Shown one piece after another: positions 1 through 9,291 of a DNA stretch of 64,000 nucleotides (position 1 is the stretch's first letter; the number at the start of each line of letters is the position of its first letter). The stretch comes from Terriglobia bacterium. Lineage in GTDB: Bacteria > Acidobacteriota > Terriglobia > 20CM-2-55-15. The DNA is taken from assembly GCA_965218585.1 (NCBI GenBank), contig CBDCLE010000002.1:96001-160000 (forward strand), written 5' to 3'. A program made the position numbers and the translations under genes. Below the pieces are notes generated by a model. That model saw only the letters and a program-made list of their open reading frames with translations. It did not search any database and was not told the origin of the DNA.

Positions 1-137
1 GCCCGCTAGGGCCTGTCGGACCTGCGGTTCCCCCCAGCCAGCGTCAAGCAGAACACTCCGGATTTCTTTTTCGTCCATAACCAGCCATATGAGTTACCCC
101 GTTGGTCGTGTAGGAATTATTCGCAAGAAAAGTCTCA

Positions 138-223
138 AATCCTCGCAAACGACATTGTCGGACTTTGAAAAAAGGCCTAAAAACGGGGGTTTTCAAGGTC
201 CGAGAACAGGATCTGATAGGGTC
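138..223. repeat. Inverted pair of 28-bp 11-6-11 palindromic sites (copy 1 at 138-165 reverse, copy 2 at 196-223 forward, 30-bp gap)
   Basis: Reverse complement of 138-165 is AAGTCCGACAA-TGTCGT-TTGCGAGGATT; 196-223 is AGGTCCGAGAA-CAGGAT-CTGATAGGGTC (degenerate). The pair at 5660-5745 has the same 30-bp spacing. Confidence 0.7.
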
Positions 224-329
224 GAGCACTGGTGAGGTGACCCGTAGGCAACTCCTTGGTTGTATCCGGCGCGTACTGACCCATCCACGAAAGCGGGGCG
301 ACTTCAATGATACTTTGGTGAGTGGGCTG

Positions 330-1694
330 GAGGTCGTTCCAATCGGTGTGTAAAAAGAGAAGGCGGTGTACGCTTTCAGTGAATTCGAAACCCTAAGCAA
401 TCCCGGCAGCAATCGGGAGAAAGGTACACCACCCATGAAGAAGAAGAACATACCGGCATCAGTGGCGTCAACGAACGCGTATGAAGGTTTGGAGGACTGG
501 GCGCGATCCCGGGTCCAAGTCTGGCTACAGGAGCTGCTCGAGGACGAAGTCACTCAATTTCTGGGTCGGGAAAAGTCGGAGCGGAGTCCGAATCGACGAG
601 GATACCGGAACGGTCACGGGAAACCGCGACGCTTCGCAATGGTGAACGGTACGATGGAGGTTCGACGACCTCGGGTTCGAAACACCGCCGAGCGGTTCGA
701 GAGTCAGATCCTGCCGTATTTTCGACGGAAATCGAAACAGCTGGGCGAGCTACTTCCCGATCTCTACCTCCACGGTCTGGCCACAGGGGACTTCGAGCAG
801 GCCATGCGCGGACTGCTTGGCGCTGGCGCTCCGTTGTCGCGAGCATCGATCCAACGACTGAAATCGACCTGGCAGTTGGAGTATGACGAGTGGGTCCAGC
901 AGGACCTGTCCGGCCTCGAGGTCGTGTACCAGTGGGCAGACGGCTTGTACGTGAAAGCGGGGATCGCGAAAGAGCGAGCGGCATTGCTGGTGATCATCGG
1001 AGCCTTGTCAGACGGGCGCAAAGTGCTGTTGGCCTGTGAGAGCGGGCAGCGGGAAAGCAAGGAGTCCTGGAGCCGCATTCTGCGCAATCTCCAGAGACGG
1101 GACCTGAAGCTGGGACGGCTGACTGTCGCGGACGGTCACCTGGGCATCTGGTCCGCGCTGGCCGAGCAACAGCCCCAGGGCCAGGAACAACGCTGCTGGA
1201 ACCACAAGTCGATCAACGTGGTCGATCATCTGCCGAAGACCGAGCAGCCCGCGGCCAGACAGCTGCTTCATGGGATGGCCTTCGCGAACTCCCGCGCGGC
1301 CTGCGAACGAAAGCGGGATCAGTTCGTCCGCCGATATGAGAAGAACTATCCCAAAGCGGGTGAGACGCTGTTGCGGGACTGGGACCGGATGATTACTTTC
1401 TATGAGTTCCCGAAACAACACTGGGTGCATCTGAGAACAACCAACATCGTCGAATCGCCCTTCGACATGGTTCGCCTCCGCACCAACGCCGCTCGCCGAT
1501 TCAAGCGTGTCGAGAATGCAACGGCAATGATCTGGAAGCTACTACGTGTCGCTGAGAAGGCTTGGCGACACTTAAAAGGATCCGAACTCTTACAAGAGGT
1601 CTATGATGGTCAGCAATTCGCTGACGGCATCAGAGTCGTGATGAAATCGAAGGCCGCCGCCTGATGACTTTTACACACCTTTTGTAATGACCTC
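330..1694 (+). mobile_element. IS256-family insertion sequence, copy 1 (1365 bp)
   Basis: Imperfect TIRs GAGGTCgTTcCAAtcGGTGTGTAAAA / TTTTACACACCttTTGtAAtGACCTC; 8-bp target duplication GTGGGCTG at 322-329 and 1695-1702. Confidence 0.95.
435..1664 (+). CDS. IS256 (Mutator) family transposase
   Basis: Motifs GYRNGH, WADGLYVK, VADGHLG, QRCWNHK, LRTTNIVES; lies between the TIRs. Confidence 0.95.
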   Translation: MKKKNIPASVASTNAYEGLEDWARSRVQVWLQELLEDEVTQFLGREKSERSPNRRGYRNGHGKPRRFAMVNGTMEVRRPRVRNTAERFESQILPYFRRKSKQLGELLPDLYLHGLATGDFEQAMRGLLGAGAPLSRASIQRLKSTWQLEYDEWVQQDLSGLEVVYQWADGLYVKAGIAKERAALLVIIGALSDGRKVLLACESGQRESKESWSRILRNLQRRDLKLGRLTVADGHLGIWSALAEQQPQGQEQRCWNHKSINVVDHLPKTEQPAARQLLHGMAFANSRAACERKRDQFVRRYEKNYPKAGETLLRDWDRMITFYEFPKQHWVHLRTTNIVESPFDMVRLRTNAARRFKRVENATAMIWKLLRVAEKAWRHLKGSELLQEVYDGQQFADGIRVVMKSKAAA

Positions 1695-1740
1695 GTGGGC
1701 TGTCCATTCGCCCCTAATTCAAAATCGAAACAGACTCAAA

Positions 1741-2403
1741 ATGATTAACCCGAATGAAGACCGCCCGACGGATTGGTTCGAAGAGTTGTACTCGGCGTCG
1801 GATGAACGTGGCGGCGGAATCCCGTGGGCCAACATGACAACCCACCCGGATTTTCGACACTGGTCGGAGCAAAACGAATTAAATGGCGCAGGTAAAACAG
1901 CACTCGTGATTGGCTGTGGCATGGGAGATGACGCCATGACACTGGCGTCCCTTGGTTTCAACGTCACCGCTTTTGACGTATCTCCCAGCGCCATTAACTA
2001 TTGCAAACAGCGCTTTTCCCAATCCAACGTCGATTTTGTAGTGGCTGATCTGTTTTCAGAGAACTTGCAATGGGATCGCCGATTTGATTTTGTGCTCGAG
2101 ATTTATACGATCCAGGCCTTGCCACCAAAGTATGAGGATGAAGTAATTGCCAAGATCGCCCGATATGTGGCCGTTGACGGTCAACTTCTAGTCATTGCCC
2201 TGGTGGATGAGACAGAGCGGTCTTTTCAGTCCGGCCCTCCTTGGCTGCTCACGCCAGGCCATCGAGAGTCCTTTGAAGCACATGGCCTGCGCATAGCGAA
2301 CCAATATGTAAGAAGAACCCCCGATGACGACGCCGCGACTTACGTCACAACGTTCATGAGGTTCGCATCTGGCCGACCTCGGCCGCGCCAGGTTGCTAAA
2401 TGA
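1741..2403 (+). CDS. Class I SAM-dependent methyltransferase (TPMT/TehB-like)
   Basis: WFEELY..IPW N-terminus, VIGCGMGDDA motif I, AFDVSPSAI, GPPW motif. Confidence 0.85.
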   Translation: MINPNEDRPTDWFEELYSASDERGGGIPWANMTTHPDFRHWSEQNELNGAGKTALVIGCGMGDDAMTLASLGFNVTAFDVSPSAINYCKQRFSQSNVDFVVADLFSENLQWDRRFDFVLEIYTIQALPPKYEDEVIAKIARYVAVDGQLLVIALVDETERSFQSGPPWLLTPGHRESFEAHGLRIANQYVRRTPDDDAATYVTTFMRFASGRPRPRQVAK

Positions 2404-2500
2404 ATCCAGGAATGAAACGAATACATTCGAGCGACGGCTTTACAAACGTGCTGAAGCATCGTCAGTCAAGACTCACCCGTTAGACAAGCGAGAAAACGTC

Positions 2501-3607
2501 ATGCTTACAGCCCGTGCCGACGTGGTCGGCTCCCTCCTTCGTCCTCCTGACCTCCTGGAAGCACGAAACGATTTCCTGTCGGGTGTCCTCTCTACCGAAG
2601 CATTCAAAGCCATCGAGGATAGCGCGGTTGATCGGGCCATCGCCCTGCAGGAGGAAGCTGGCCTGGAGGTAGTCACCGACGGGGAGCAGCGACGGCTCTC
2701 CTTCCAGAGCCAGATGACTGAAGCGGTGGAGGGTTTCGGAGAATGGGACTTGGACGCTTTTCTCTGGGGCGATTGGAAGGGGGACGTGCGGATCGGGAAC
2801 CAGCGGACTAAGCGGCCCCACTCGCTCGGCGTGGTCTCGAAGCTGAAAAGGAAGCGGTGGCTCTCCGTAGGAGAGTTCGTCTACCTCAAGGAGCGAACTA
2901 CGCGCATCCCAAAGGTCACTCTCCCGAGCCCAAGCCTCTTTTCTAACTTCTGGTCCAAGCAGAAGTCCTCGAACGCCTATGCCACGCTGGAGGCGTTCCT
3001 GGGGGACGTGACCGACATCCTCAAAGACGAAGTCGCCGAACTGGTGCGTTGCGGAGCGACCTACATCCAGCTTGACGCGCCGCACTATCCGCTTCTCCTC
3101 GATTCCAGGCTACGGCAGTTCTACGAATCACGTGGTTGGACGTCAGAGAAATGGCTGCAGGCGGGGATCGAGATGGACAACGCTGTGATTGGAAGCCACC
3201 CCGGTGTAACGTTTGGGTTCCACCTTTGCAGGGGCAACCAGGGCAGCCGGTGGCTCGTGGAAGGGGGCTACGATCTTATAGCTAAACAGATCTTCAAGAG
3301 GATCGGTGCCCAGCGCTTCCTGCTGGAATATGACGGTCCCCGCTCTGGATCCTTCGAACCGCTGAAGGAGGTGCCAGAAGACAAAACGGTGGTCCTCGGT
3401 CTCGTGACCACCAAGTCCCCACTCAGGGAAACCGTCAAAGATCTAACCGACCGTATCCGAGAAGCGTCACGCTTCGTCCCCAGAGAACGTCTCGCCATCA
3501 GTCCCCAATGCGGCTTCGGAACCTCGATCATCGGAAACGCCCTATCCTTTGAGGACCAAAAACGTAAACTCGAAACACTAACGGCGACTGCCCGTTTGTT
3601 CTGGTAG
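2501..3607 (+). CDS. Cobalamin-independent methionine synthase II family protein
   Basis: RADVVGSLLRP, TDGEQRR, HLCRGN, LEYD and SPQCGF Zn-ligand motifs. Confidence 0.9.
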   Translation: MLTARADVVGSLLRPPDLLEARNDFLSGVLSTEAFKAIEDSAVDRAIALQEEAGLEVVTDGEQRRLSFQSQMTEAVEGFGEWDLDAFLWGDWKGDVRIGNQRTKRPHSLGVVSKLKRKRWLSVGEFVYLKERTTRIPKVTLPSPSLFSNFWSKQKSSNAYATLEAFLGDVTDILKDEVAELVRCGATYIQLDAPHYPLLLDSRLRQFYESRGWTSEKWLQAGIEMDNAVIGSHPGVTFGFHLCRGNQGSRWLVEGGYDLIAKQIFKRIGAQRFLLEYDGPRSGSFEPLKEVPEDKTVVLGLVTTKSPLRETVKDLTDRIREASRFVPRERLAISPQCGFGTSIIGNALSFEDQKRKLETLTATARLFW

Positions 3608-3648
3608 CAGAGAACGGCGAAAAATCTGAATTCCAGAGAAAAGCCTCA

Positions 3649-3676
3649 ACGTCCGAGACGGGGATTTCCGAGGACC
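3649..3676 (+). repeat. 28-bp 11-6-11 site, copy 3
   Basis: ACGTCCGAGAC-GGGGAT-TTCCGAGGACC, flanked by CTCA / TGAG. Confidence 0.8.
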
Positions 3677-3761
3677 TGAGAATGGATTTCAGCGGCTGAA
3701 GGTGGAACAGCTCCGTTCCCCGGACCGCCGCCCTCACTTTAAAGGTTTGGCGTCGCGCGGA

Positions 3762-4523
3762 CTACTGACTACGGAGCAGTGGGACAAATCGGACCGGAGT
3801 GATGTCACGAATATCGACTCCACCTCCGGGCAATTTTTCAATCACCTTCAGGATCTGGATGGAGGCCGGTTCACCGACGGGAATGACCATCCGGGCTCCC
3901 GGCTTGAGCTGAGCAATCAGAGGTTGAGGAATCTCCTTGGCTCCGGCCGTGACGAGGATTCCATCGAAGGGACTGAACTCGGGCCATCCCAGGTACCCGT
4001 CACCTTCCCGTACCGAGACGTTCAAAATCCCGAGTCGTTCGAGTCGCTCTCCCGCGGAGCGGGCCAGCTCCGGAATGATCTCAATGCTATAGACTTCGGC
4101 CACCAGCTCGGCGGCGACGGCGGCCTGGTATCCCGATCCCGTTCCGACCTCGAGAAGACGGCCGTCCGGTTCCGTCTGAACGAGTTCAGTCATCAGAGCA
4201 ACAACGTAGGGCTGCGAGATAGTCTGATCCAATCCAATTGGTAGGGGCGCATCGTTGTAGGCCAAGGCTCTATAATCCGCGGGAACGAACTCGTGTCGGG
4301 GAACCCGTGCCATGGCTTCAAGAACCCGAGAGTCACGGATTCCTCGAGCTTCGATCTGCTGTTCGACCATCTGTTTGCGTGCCTGCCCAAAGTCTATGTT
4401 CTGGCGTGGTGACACCTGTGGTGAAATCGCTTCCACCGGGTCCGGACGGCAGGACACTACAACAGCAAACAAGAGCGCTAGAAACAAGGCCCGCGACCGT
4501 TGAGTGAGACAAGAAATATTCAT
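3762..4523 (-). CDS. pcm: Protein-L-isoaspartate O-methyltransferase
   Basis: VPRHEFVP, QTISQPYVVA, LEVGTGSGYQAA, VRFVPL; N-terminal extension resembles a lipoprotein signal (AVVVSC). Confidence 0.92.
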   Translation of the reverse strand: MNISCLTQRSRALFLALLFAVVVSCRPDPVEAISPQVSPRQNIDFGQARKQMVEQQIEARGIRDSRVLEAMARVPRHEFVPADYRALAYNDAPLPIGLDQTISQPYVVALMTELVQTEPDGRLLEVGTGSGYQAAVAAELVAEVYSIEIIPELARSAGERLERLGILNVSVREGDGYLGWPEFSPFDGILVTAGAKEIPQPLIAQLKPGARMVIPVGEPASIQILKVIEKLPGGGVDIRDITPVRFVPLLRSQ

Positions 4524-4558
4524 TTGCGCAATTCTAGTTTCCGTTGCTGAGATTCTCA

Positions 4559-4586
4559 AGGTCCGAGAAGGGGATTTCCGAGGACT
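4559..4586 (+). repeat. 28-bp 11-6-11 site, copy 4
   Basis: AGGTCCGAGAA-GGGGAT-TTCCGAGGACT. Confidence 0.8.
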
Positions 4587-4661
4587 TTTATCCGGAAGCT
4601 CCGGAGCCGAAGTTGAAGATGCTTATCCAAATTTCATTTCCAGCGTCGGGTACAGCGTAGT

Positions 4662-5465
4662 CTAGGGAGCGACGACCTCTGCGATCTCGAAGTGGATGCC
4701 TGCGGGCCCTTCGAAGAACATCAGGTCTGAGCCCGGCGGGTTGGGTCTAACCAGATAGGGCTCGTATCCGGAGGCTTCGAGAACTTCGCGGAACTCTTCC
4801 AGCGAGGGTACGCCAAAACCCATGTGATCGAGTGACCGGTAGCGGCTCGGCGCTGTATCACTCTCCGGAACCTGCGAAATCTGGACCCATAAGTCGCCGT
4901 ACAAGATGGTGTGAAACTGCCCCTTGCCGCGTGCCGGGATATCCTCGCCTCCGAACACTTCAAGGAACCACTCGTGAACGCCGTCCGCGTCGCTCGCCAT
5001 GAAATGGACGTGATTCACTCCCGTGTAGACAGGGTCCTCAAGTAGTTCGATTCGCGTTCCCCAGGGATCCTCGATAAACGCGATGGTTGATGCCGTGATA
5101 CCGACCCGCGGCTCGTCCCGGATCTGTGCGCCCATTTCCCTGGCGAGTGCCACGGTAGCGGCGACGTCTTCAACGGCTATGCCAAAGTGATCGATGACAC
5201 CGCCCTGGCTCGGTCGCGTCTCACCTTCGGTGGGCATTGTCATAACCATGCCGTTGCCGTAACGGACAGCCTGTCCAGGGCCACGCGCGACTACCTCGCC
5301 GCCGAGCAGCGCCTGATGCCACACCGCCGCTTCGGTTGTGTCCGGTACACGCATGTGTACGTGCGTAAAAACGCTCTGCGCGAGGACGGAACCAGGGAGC
5401 AGGAACACGCCCAGCGTCAAGCGAATGAGCTGGATTCGAAGCCGTGGATAATTCGTGTGAGACAT
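4662..5465 (-). CDS. Secreted VOC/glyoxalase family protein (two VOC domains)
   Basis: Signal peptide; HVHM..DHFG..DPWGTRIELLE repeated as HVHF..DHMG..GPAGIHFEIAE. Confidence 0.85.
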   Translation of the reverse strand: MSHTNYPRLRIQLIRLTLGVFLLPGSVLAQSVFTHVHMRVPDTTEAAVWHQALLGGEVVARGPGQAVRYGNGMVMTMPTEGETRPSQGGVIDHFGIAVEDVAATVALAREMGAQIRDEPRVGITASTIAFIEDPWGTRIELLEDPVYTGVNHVHFMASDADGVHEWFLEVFGGEDIPARGKGQFHTILYGDLWVQISQVPESDTAPSRYRSLDHMGFGVPSLEEFREVLEASGYEPYLVRPNPPGSDLMFFEGPAGIHFEIAEVVAP

Positions 5466-5619
5466 GGTGATCTCCTCGTATTCAGGTCGGTGTCGGTATC
5501 GCGAAACACCTCTCCCCTACCACCTCACCGATCTGGCTCGGATCTCGTAGGGACCGAGTCTTGTGCCCGATCGCATGGACTAAGTGTCCAGTTGAGCGGT
5601 CTACTGAAAAACTCGTTAA

Positions 5620-5648
5620 ACGATACTCGAGGTGGGTGTTAGACACAA
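5620..5648 (-). promoter_or_regulatory. Repeat-associated sigma70-type promoter (TTGTGT-N17-TATCGT)
   Basis: Homologous to the promoters at 6432, 9117, 12612 and 15645; points toward the VOC gene. Confidence 0.55.
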
Positions 5649-5659
5649 TCAGAAGGTCA

Positions 5660-5745
5660 GGTCCTCCAGAACGACTTTCCCGGACATTCAGAAAAGACCT
5701 CAAAAATGAGCGTTTCAACGTCCGAGAAGATGATTTATCAGAACT
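5660..5745. repeat. Inverted pair of 28-bp sites (copy 5 at 5660-5687 reverse, copy 6 at 5718-5745 forward, 30-bp gap)
   Basis: Reverse complement of copy 5 is ATGTCCGGGAA-AGTCGT-TCTGGAGGACC; copy 6 is ACGTCCGAGAA-GATGAT-TTATCAGAACT. Confidence 0.8.
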
Positions 5746-5760
5746 TGACCTCAAGTATCG

Positions 5761-5784
5761 GGGCACCGGCACCCGGTCTTTCAG
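5761..5784 (-). pseudogene. Very short Ser/Thr kinase C-terminal remnant (LKDRVPVP)
   Basis: Matches the tails at 7782, 9226, 12726 and 13309, in the same position relative to the 28-bp site. Confidence 0.55.
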
Positions 5785-5819
5785 CGACGTCTCCGCGAAT
5801 CTGTTCGGTACGCCAGTTT

Positions 5820-6329
5820 TCAGTCGCCGCCGACTACCTCCCGAAGTTGAGCGAGGAGCGCGTCGACGGGAATCAGCCGGCCCGTGACGTCCTTCCAGAG
5901 GATGGTGCCCTCTTCATCGAGGAGAAAATAGAAGCGGCTTGCCGCACCGCCTCCGCTCCCGGCTCCGTAACGGCCGATGATCGTTCCATCGGGGTCACTG
6001 ACGAATGGGTTGGGGGTGTTGACTGAAGCCGCGAATTCGCGCTGGCGGTCCGCTCTATCTGTGGAAATGCCGACGACTTCGATACCGAGTGTCTGGAACT
6101 CGGTGTACTTTTCACCGACCTCGGTGAACTCTCGCGTTCAACCGGGAGTGAAGGCGGCCGGGAAGAACGCCAGCAGCACTTTCGTCTGCCCTCGGAGTTC
6201 GTCGAGTCCGAACTCCGGAGCTGTCGAGCCAACCGCAGGCGTGTTGTCCTGTCGGGGAGCCTGGAGCTGAGCTAGGGCGATGCCGCTGGAGACGAACAGC
6301 CCGAGGGCGAGTAACATCAGCTTCTTCAT
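5820..6329 (-). CDS. Secreted peroxiredoxin (AhpC/TSA/BCP-like), probable selenoprotein with UGA at codon 64
   Basis: FFPAAFTPG-TGA-TREF puts UGA at the peroxidatic Cys of PxxxTxxC; the frame stays open (EVVGISTD, VSDPDG, FLLDEEG) to a stop at 5820; a hairpin follows the UGA. Confidence 0.85.
6111..6140 (-). promoter_or_regulatory. Putative bacterial SECIS hairpin
   Basis: UGA-ACGCGAGAG-TTCACCG-AGGT-CGGTGAA: perfect stem beginning 9 nt after the UGA, with a G-containing loop. Confidence 0.65.
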
Positions 6330-6431
6330 CGTCAATTGTCCTCCATATCTATTTACATCGATACACCAACCGGGGTGCCGGACGGGACCCTCCAAGCTGT
6401 GTGCCGGATTCCATTTTGAAAAGCTGGTTAA

Positions 6432-6460
6432 AGGATACGAAAGGCAGAAATTATGTGCAA
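6432..6460 (-). promoter_or_regulatory. Repeat-associated sigma70-type promoter (TTGCAC-N17-TATCCT)
   Basis: Upstream of the peroxiredoxin gene and next to site copy 7. Confidence 0.6.
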
Positions 6461-6485
6461 TGAATCTGTCACAGCGAAATTCTCA

Positions 6486-6513
6486 GCGTCCGAGAAGATG
6501 ATTTCCCAGGACC
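6486..6513 (+). repeat. 28-bp 11-6-11 site, copy 7
   Basis: GCGTCCGAGAA-GATGAT-TTCCCAGGACC within TCTCA...TGAGA. Confidence 0.85.
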
Positions 6514-6736
6514 TGAGACTCACTTTTCACGATCATCTCGGGCACCTCCTGTTTCTCTTGTACATGCCAGAGCTTTCCGCCAATAATAGGCATAATAGCG
6601 GCCGCGTCAGCAGGAGAGTCAAGCGCACGGCCGCGAGAGTTTTTCCGCACGTTCTTTCCGCGGAGCCACAGGGCTCCAAATATCCTGAACCGGCTCCGTT
6701 ATGGGACTGCTCGATCGAGGAGAAAGGAAGGTGCAA

Positions 6737-7689
6737 ATGGCGAAGGTGATCGGACTCGTGGGGCTGTCCGTTCTCATGGTGGCGGGGCTTACCACGCCCA
6801 TCTCTGCCCAGAGGGGCGCGCGTTTTCCCGGGATAATCGATTTTTCTGGCGAGTGGATCGACAACTCGTTTGAAGGAGACGATCGTGTTGGGCCCCCCAC
6901 GGCAGGTCCCCGAGCAAACGGGCTCCAGCACGATGCGTGGCTCGGCAACTACCTGGGCATACCGTACAACGATGCCGGAAGGCAGAAAGGCGCAGCCTTC
7001 GATCTTGCCATCTACTCCCACCCTGCCTGGACATTCCGTCCGCATCCTGTCCAGTATTCCATGCGTGGGGTCATCAACAATTGGAGGATGGCGAAGGAAA
7101 TACATCCGGTGACCGGGGAGCTTGTGGCATACCGAATTACGGGAGGGTACAACCTGGACCGGATCATCTGGATGGACGGTCGGGAGCGTCCTCCCGACTA
7201 TGCCGACACACCTACAATGGATTTTCGACCGGACGGTTCGAGCGTGGAATACTGGTGGTAACGACCACGCACATGAAACACGGATACCACAAGCGTAACG
7301 GCGCTCCGGCGAGTGACCAGGCGACGATGACCGAGCACTTCATACGCCACGGGGATCGGCTGACGATCGTCCAGTTCACCGAGGATCCGGTCTATCTCGA
7401 GGAGCCCTACGTCCGTACCGGGGACCATATCCTGGCACACAATCGGCATGCGAACACTCGTTTCAATGTTCCCACAGCCCCGGGCTGGAACGCAGCCGAA
7501 GAGGTCATCTGGGACGAGGGTTACCTTCCTCACCATCCGTTGGGAACACGTCATACACAGATTTCGGATTTTCTCGGGATTCCTTACGAATCAACGCAAG
7601 ACGGCAGCGAAACGCTCTATCCGGAGTATCGGGAGACCCTGAATCAATTGATGAGTCAGGAAGAAAACGCCCCAGGTGGTGGGAGGTAG
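6737..7689 (+). pseudogene. Secreted hypothetical protein (type often found beside DUF6152), frameshifted near 7205
   Basis: ORF 6701-7261 (..RIIWMDGRERPPDYA) continues in another frame as HTYNGFSTGRFE..TEHF..EDPVYLEEP; paralogous to 14055-14873 (VWMDGR..GYSRGRFE..TERY..LEDP). Confidence 0.75.
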
Positions 7690-7741
7690 AAGACACGATA
7701 GGCTGACCCCCAAAGTGTCGCCCGGAAAAGGAAACTTCTCA

Positions 7742-7769
7742 ACGTCCGAGAAGATGATTTCTCAGGACT
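7742..7769 (+). repeat. 28-bp 11-6-11 site, copy 8
   Basis: ACGTCCGAGAA-GATGAT-TTCTCAGGACT. Confidence 0.85.
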
Positions 7770-7781
7770 TGACCTCGAAAA

Positions 7782-7915
7782 TCAAGGAACCGGCACCCGT
7801 TCCTTCAGTTCTTCAAACCAGTCTAGGACGATCTTGACTTGGGATCGTTGCATCTCACCGTCGTTCTGGAAAGTACGTTTCAGCGCCGGGAATCGTCCAT
7901 CGGGGACACGTCATA
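7782..7915 (-). pseudogene. C-terminal remnant of an acidobacterial Ser/Thr kinase with TolB-like propeller
   Basis: YDVSP(frameshift)DGRF...QVKIVLDWFEELKERVPVP-stop. Confidence 0.75.
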
Positions 7916-7963
7916 ATATGTCACCTATGTCCTGACCGGTGGAGAGGTAGCGATAGGCGGACG

Positions 7964-8881
7964 TCAAGGCTCTGGACTGCTATCTACTACCTCGCGCGTG
8001 GCGTCGCGCCAAGCACCATCGCCCACGACCTTTCCGGGCAACTCCTCTCTCTCGACGCTGACCACAACCTCTGACCCCAGTTGCAGGCTCTCTACACTGT
8101 CTTTCCCCCGCGGCAAAAAGCGGGCGGCGACTTCTCCAAGAGGTGGCCCGTAGAAGTGAATGTCGATGGCATCCTGACCCGAGGTGTTCGAGACGGCATG
8201 AATGGTGTTCGGGCCATCCAACTCCATCAGCATACTCGGATGAATGACGTCTCGCTGGGTCAGTCGGAGCCGGTTCTCGCTCAGTCGATCGAAGTGCGTA
8301 ATCTCGAGCTGTCCCTCGACGGTCTTGCCCAACCCGACGCAATTGTGGGAGTGGATATGAGCGCGGGTACCCGCGGTCCACTGAATTCCGACCAACGAAC
8401 CGTTTCCTTTCTTGCTCTCCCAGTAGATGGCGCGTCGGTAGTTGATCGGAGGAAGAATCGCGCTCTTTCGTATTGGTTCGAGCTCTCCGATGACCGGGTA
8501 GACCTGCTTCAAGATCCTTTTCGCGACTGTTGGAGTGAGATCCTCTTCCAAGTCGTAGTACTCGAATAGGTCAACCGCCTCGCGTAACGACAGTGGCGCT
8601 CTCGAAGCGAGGCGATGCCTTAGCTGTGTCGTTTCCGGTAGGATGAGCCGTCCCAATCGGTAGAGACCAAAGGAAATAACGAGTGCGATGCCCCCGGAAG
8701 TGAGCACGAGCCACGGAGAGTTTCTGGCGAAAAACAGCAGCATGACGAGCGATACCCCGGCCATGCCGATCGAGCCGCAGGCACCCGCGACTACGGCCTT
8801 CCAACCAATCTCAACGATCGTGGCCAGGTTGATCCGGAGACCTATTCCCGCACACACGCAGACGATCAGAAACGATACCAC
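7964..8881 (-). pseudogene. 5'-truncated fusion: YeiH/putative sulfate exporter C-terminus plus cysteine dioxygenase-like cupin
   Basis: AGIGLRINLATIVEIGWKAVVAG resembles the YeiH C-terminal helices; WTAGTRAHIHSH..IHAVSN..IHFYGPP is a CDO-type cupin; the N-terminal transporter part is missing. Confidence 0.6.
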
Positions 8882-9038
8882 CTGGTCATTAATCGAGAGG
8901 GTCGTGGCCCAGGCTCCAGTACCGCCAAAGAACGCACGACAGCAGCGTCTCAGTTTTAGGAAATGGGCGGTGAGGCGGGGACAAAACCCGTATATCGGAT
9001 GTAGAAGGTATGCAGGTGGTCCGGAAACTTGGAAAAAG

Positions 9039-9074
9039 GACTTCGTACTGGCCGAGTTTGGTGCTGGATTCCAT
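9039..9074 (-). pseudogene. Ser/Thr kinase N-terminal remnant (MESSTKLGQYEV)
   Basis: Near-identical to the kinase start at 15593 ([12 protein letters not shown]); directly downstream of the repeat promoter. Confidence 0.7.
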
Positions 9075-9116
9075 GTTTAAAGTATGTCGCTGACAATACC
9101 GTGAAAATCTCGGCAA

Positions 9117-9145
9117 AGAATACTAAGGGAGGGGTTTGTAAGCAA
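9117..9145 (-). promoter_or_regulatory. Repeat-associated sigma70-type promoter (TTGCTT-N17-TATTCT)
   Basis: Identical to the copy at 12612-12640. Confidence 0.7.
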
Positions 9146-9175
9146 TCAGAAGGTCAACATCCGTATTAATTCTCA

Positions 9176-9203
9176 ACGTCCGACAAGATGATTTAACAGG
9201 CGT
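9176..9203 (+). repeat. 28-bp 11-6-11 site, copy 9
   Basis: ACGTCCGACAA-GATGAT-TTAACAGGCGT; outer arms extend to ATTCTCAACG / CGTTGAGAAT. Confidence 0.85.
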
Positions 9204-9225
9204 TGAGAATCATTTTCATGGTCGA

Positions 9226-9288
9226 TTAGGGGACCGGCACCCGTTCCCTCAGTTCTTCAAACCAGTCCAGGATGATATTGATCTGCTC
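9226..9288 (-). pseudogene. Ser/Thr kinase C-terminal remnant (EQINIILDWFEELRERVPVP-stop)
   Basis: Direct translation; abuts the stop codon of the MBL gene. Confidence 0.75.
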
Positions 9289-9291
9289 ATC

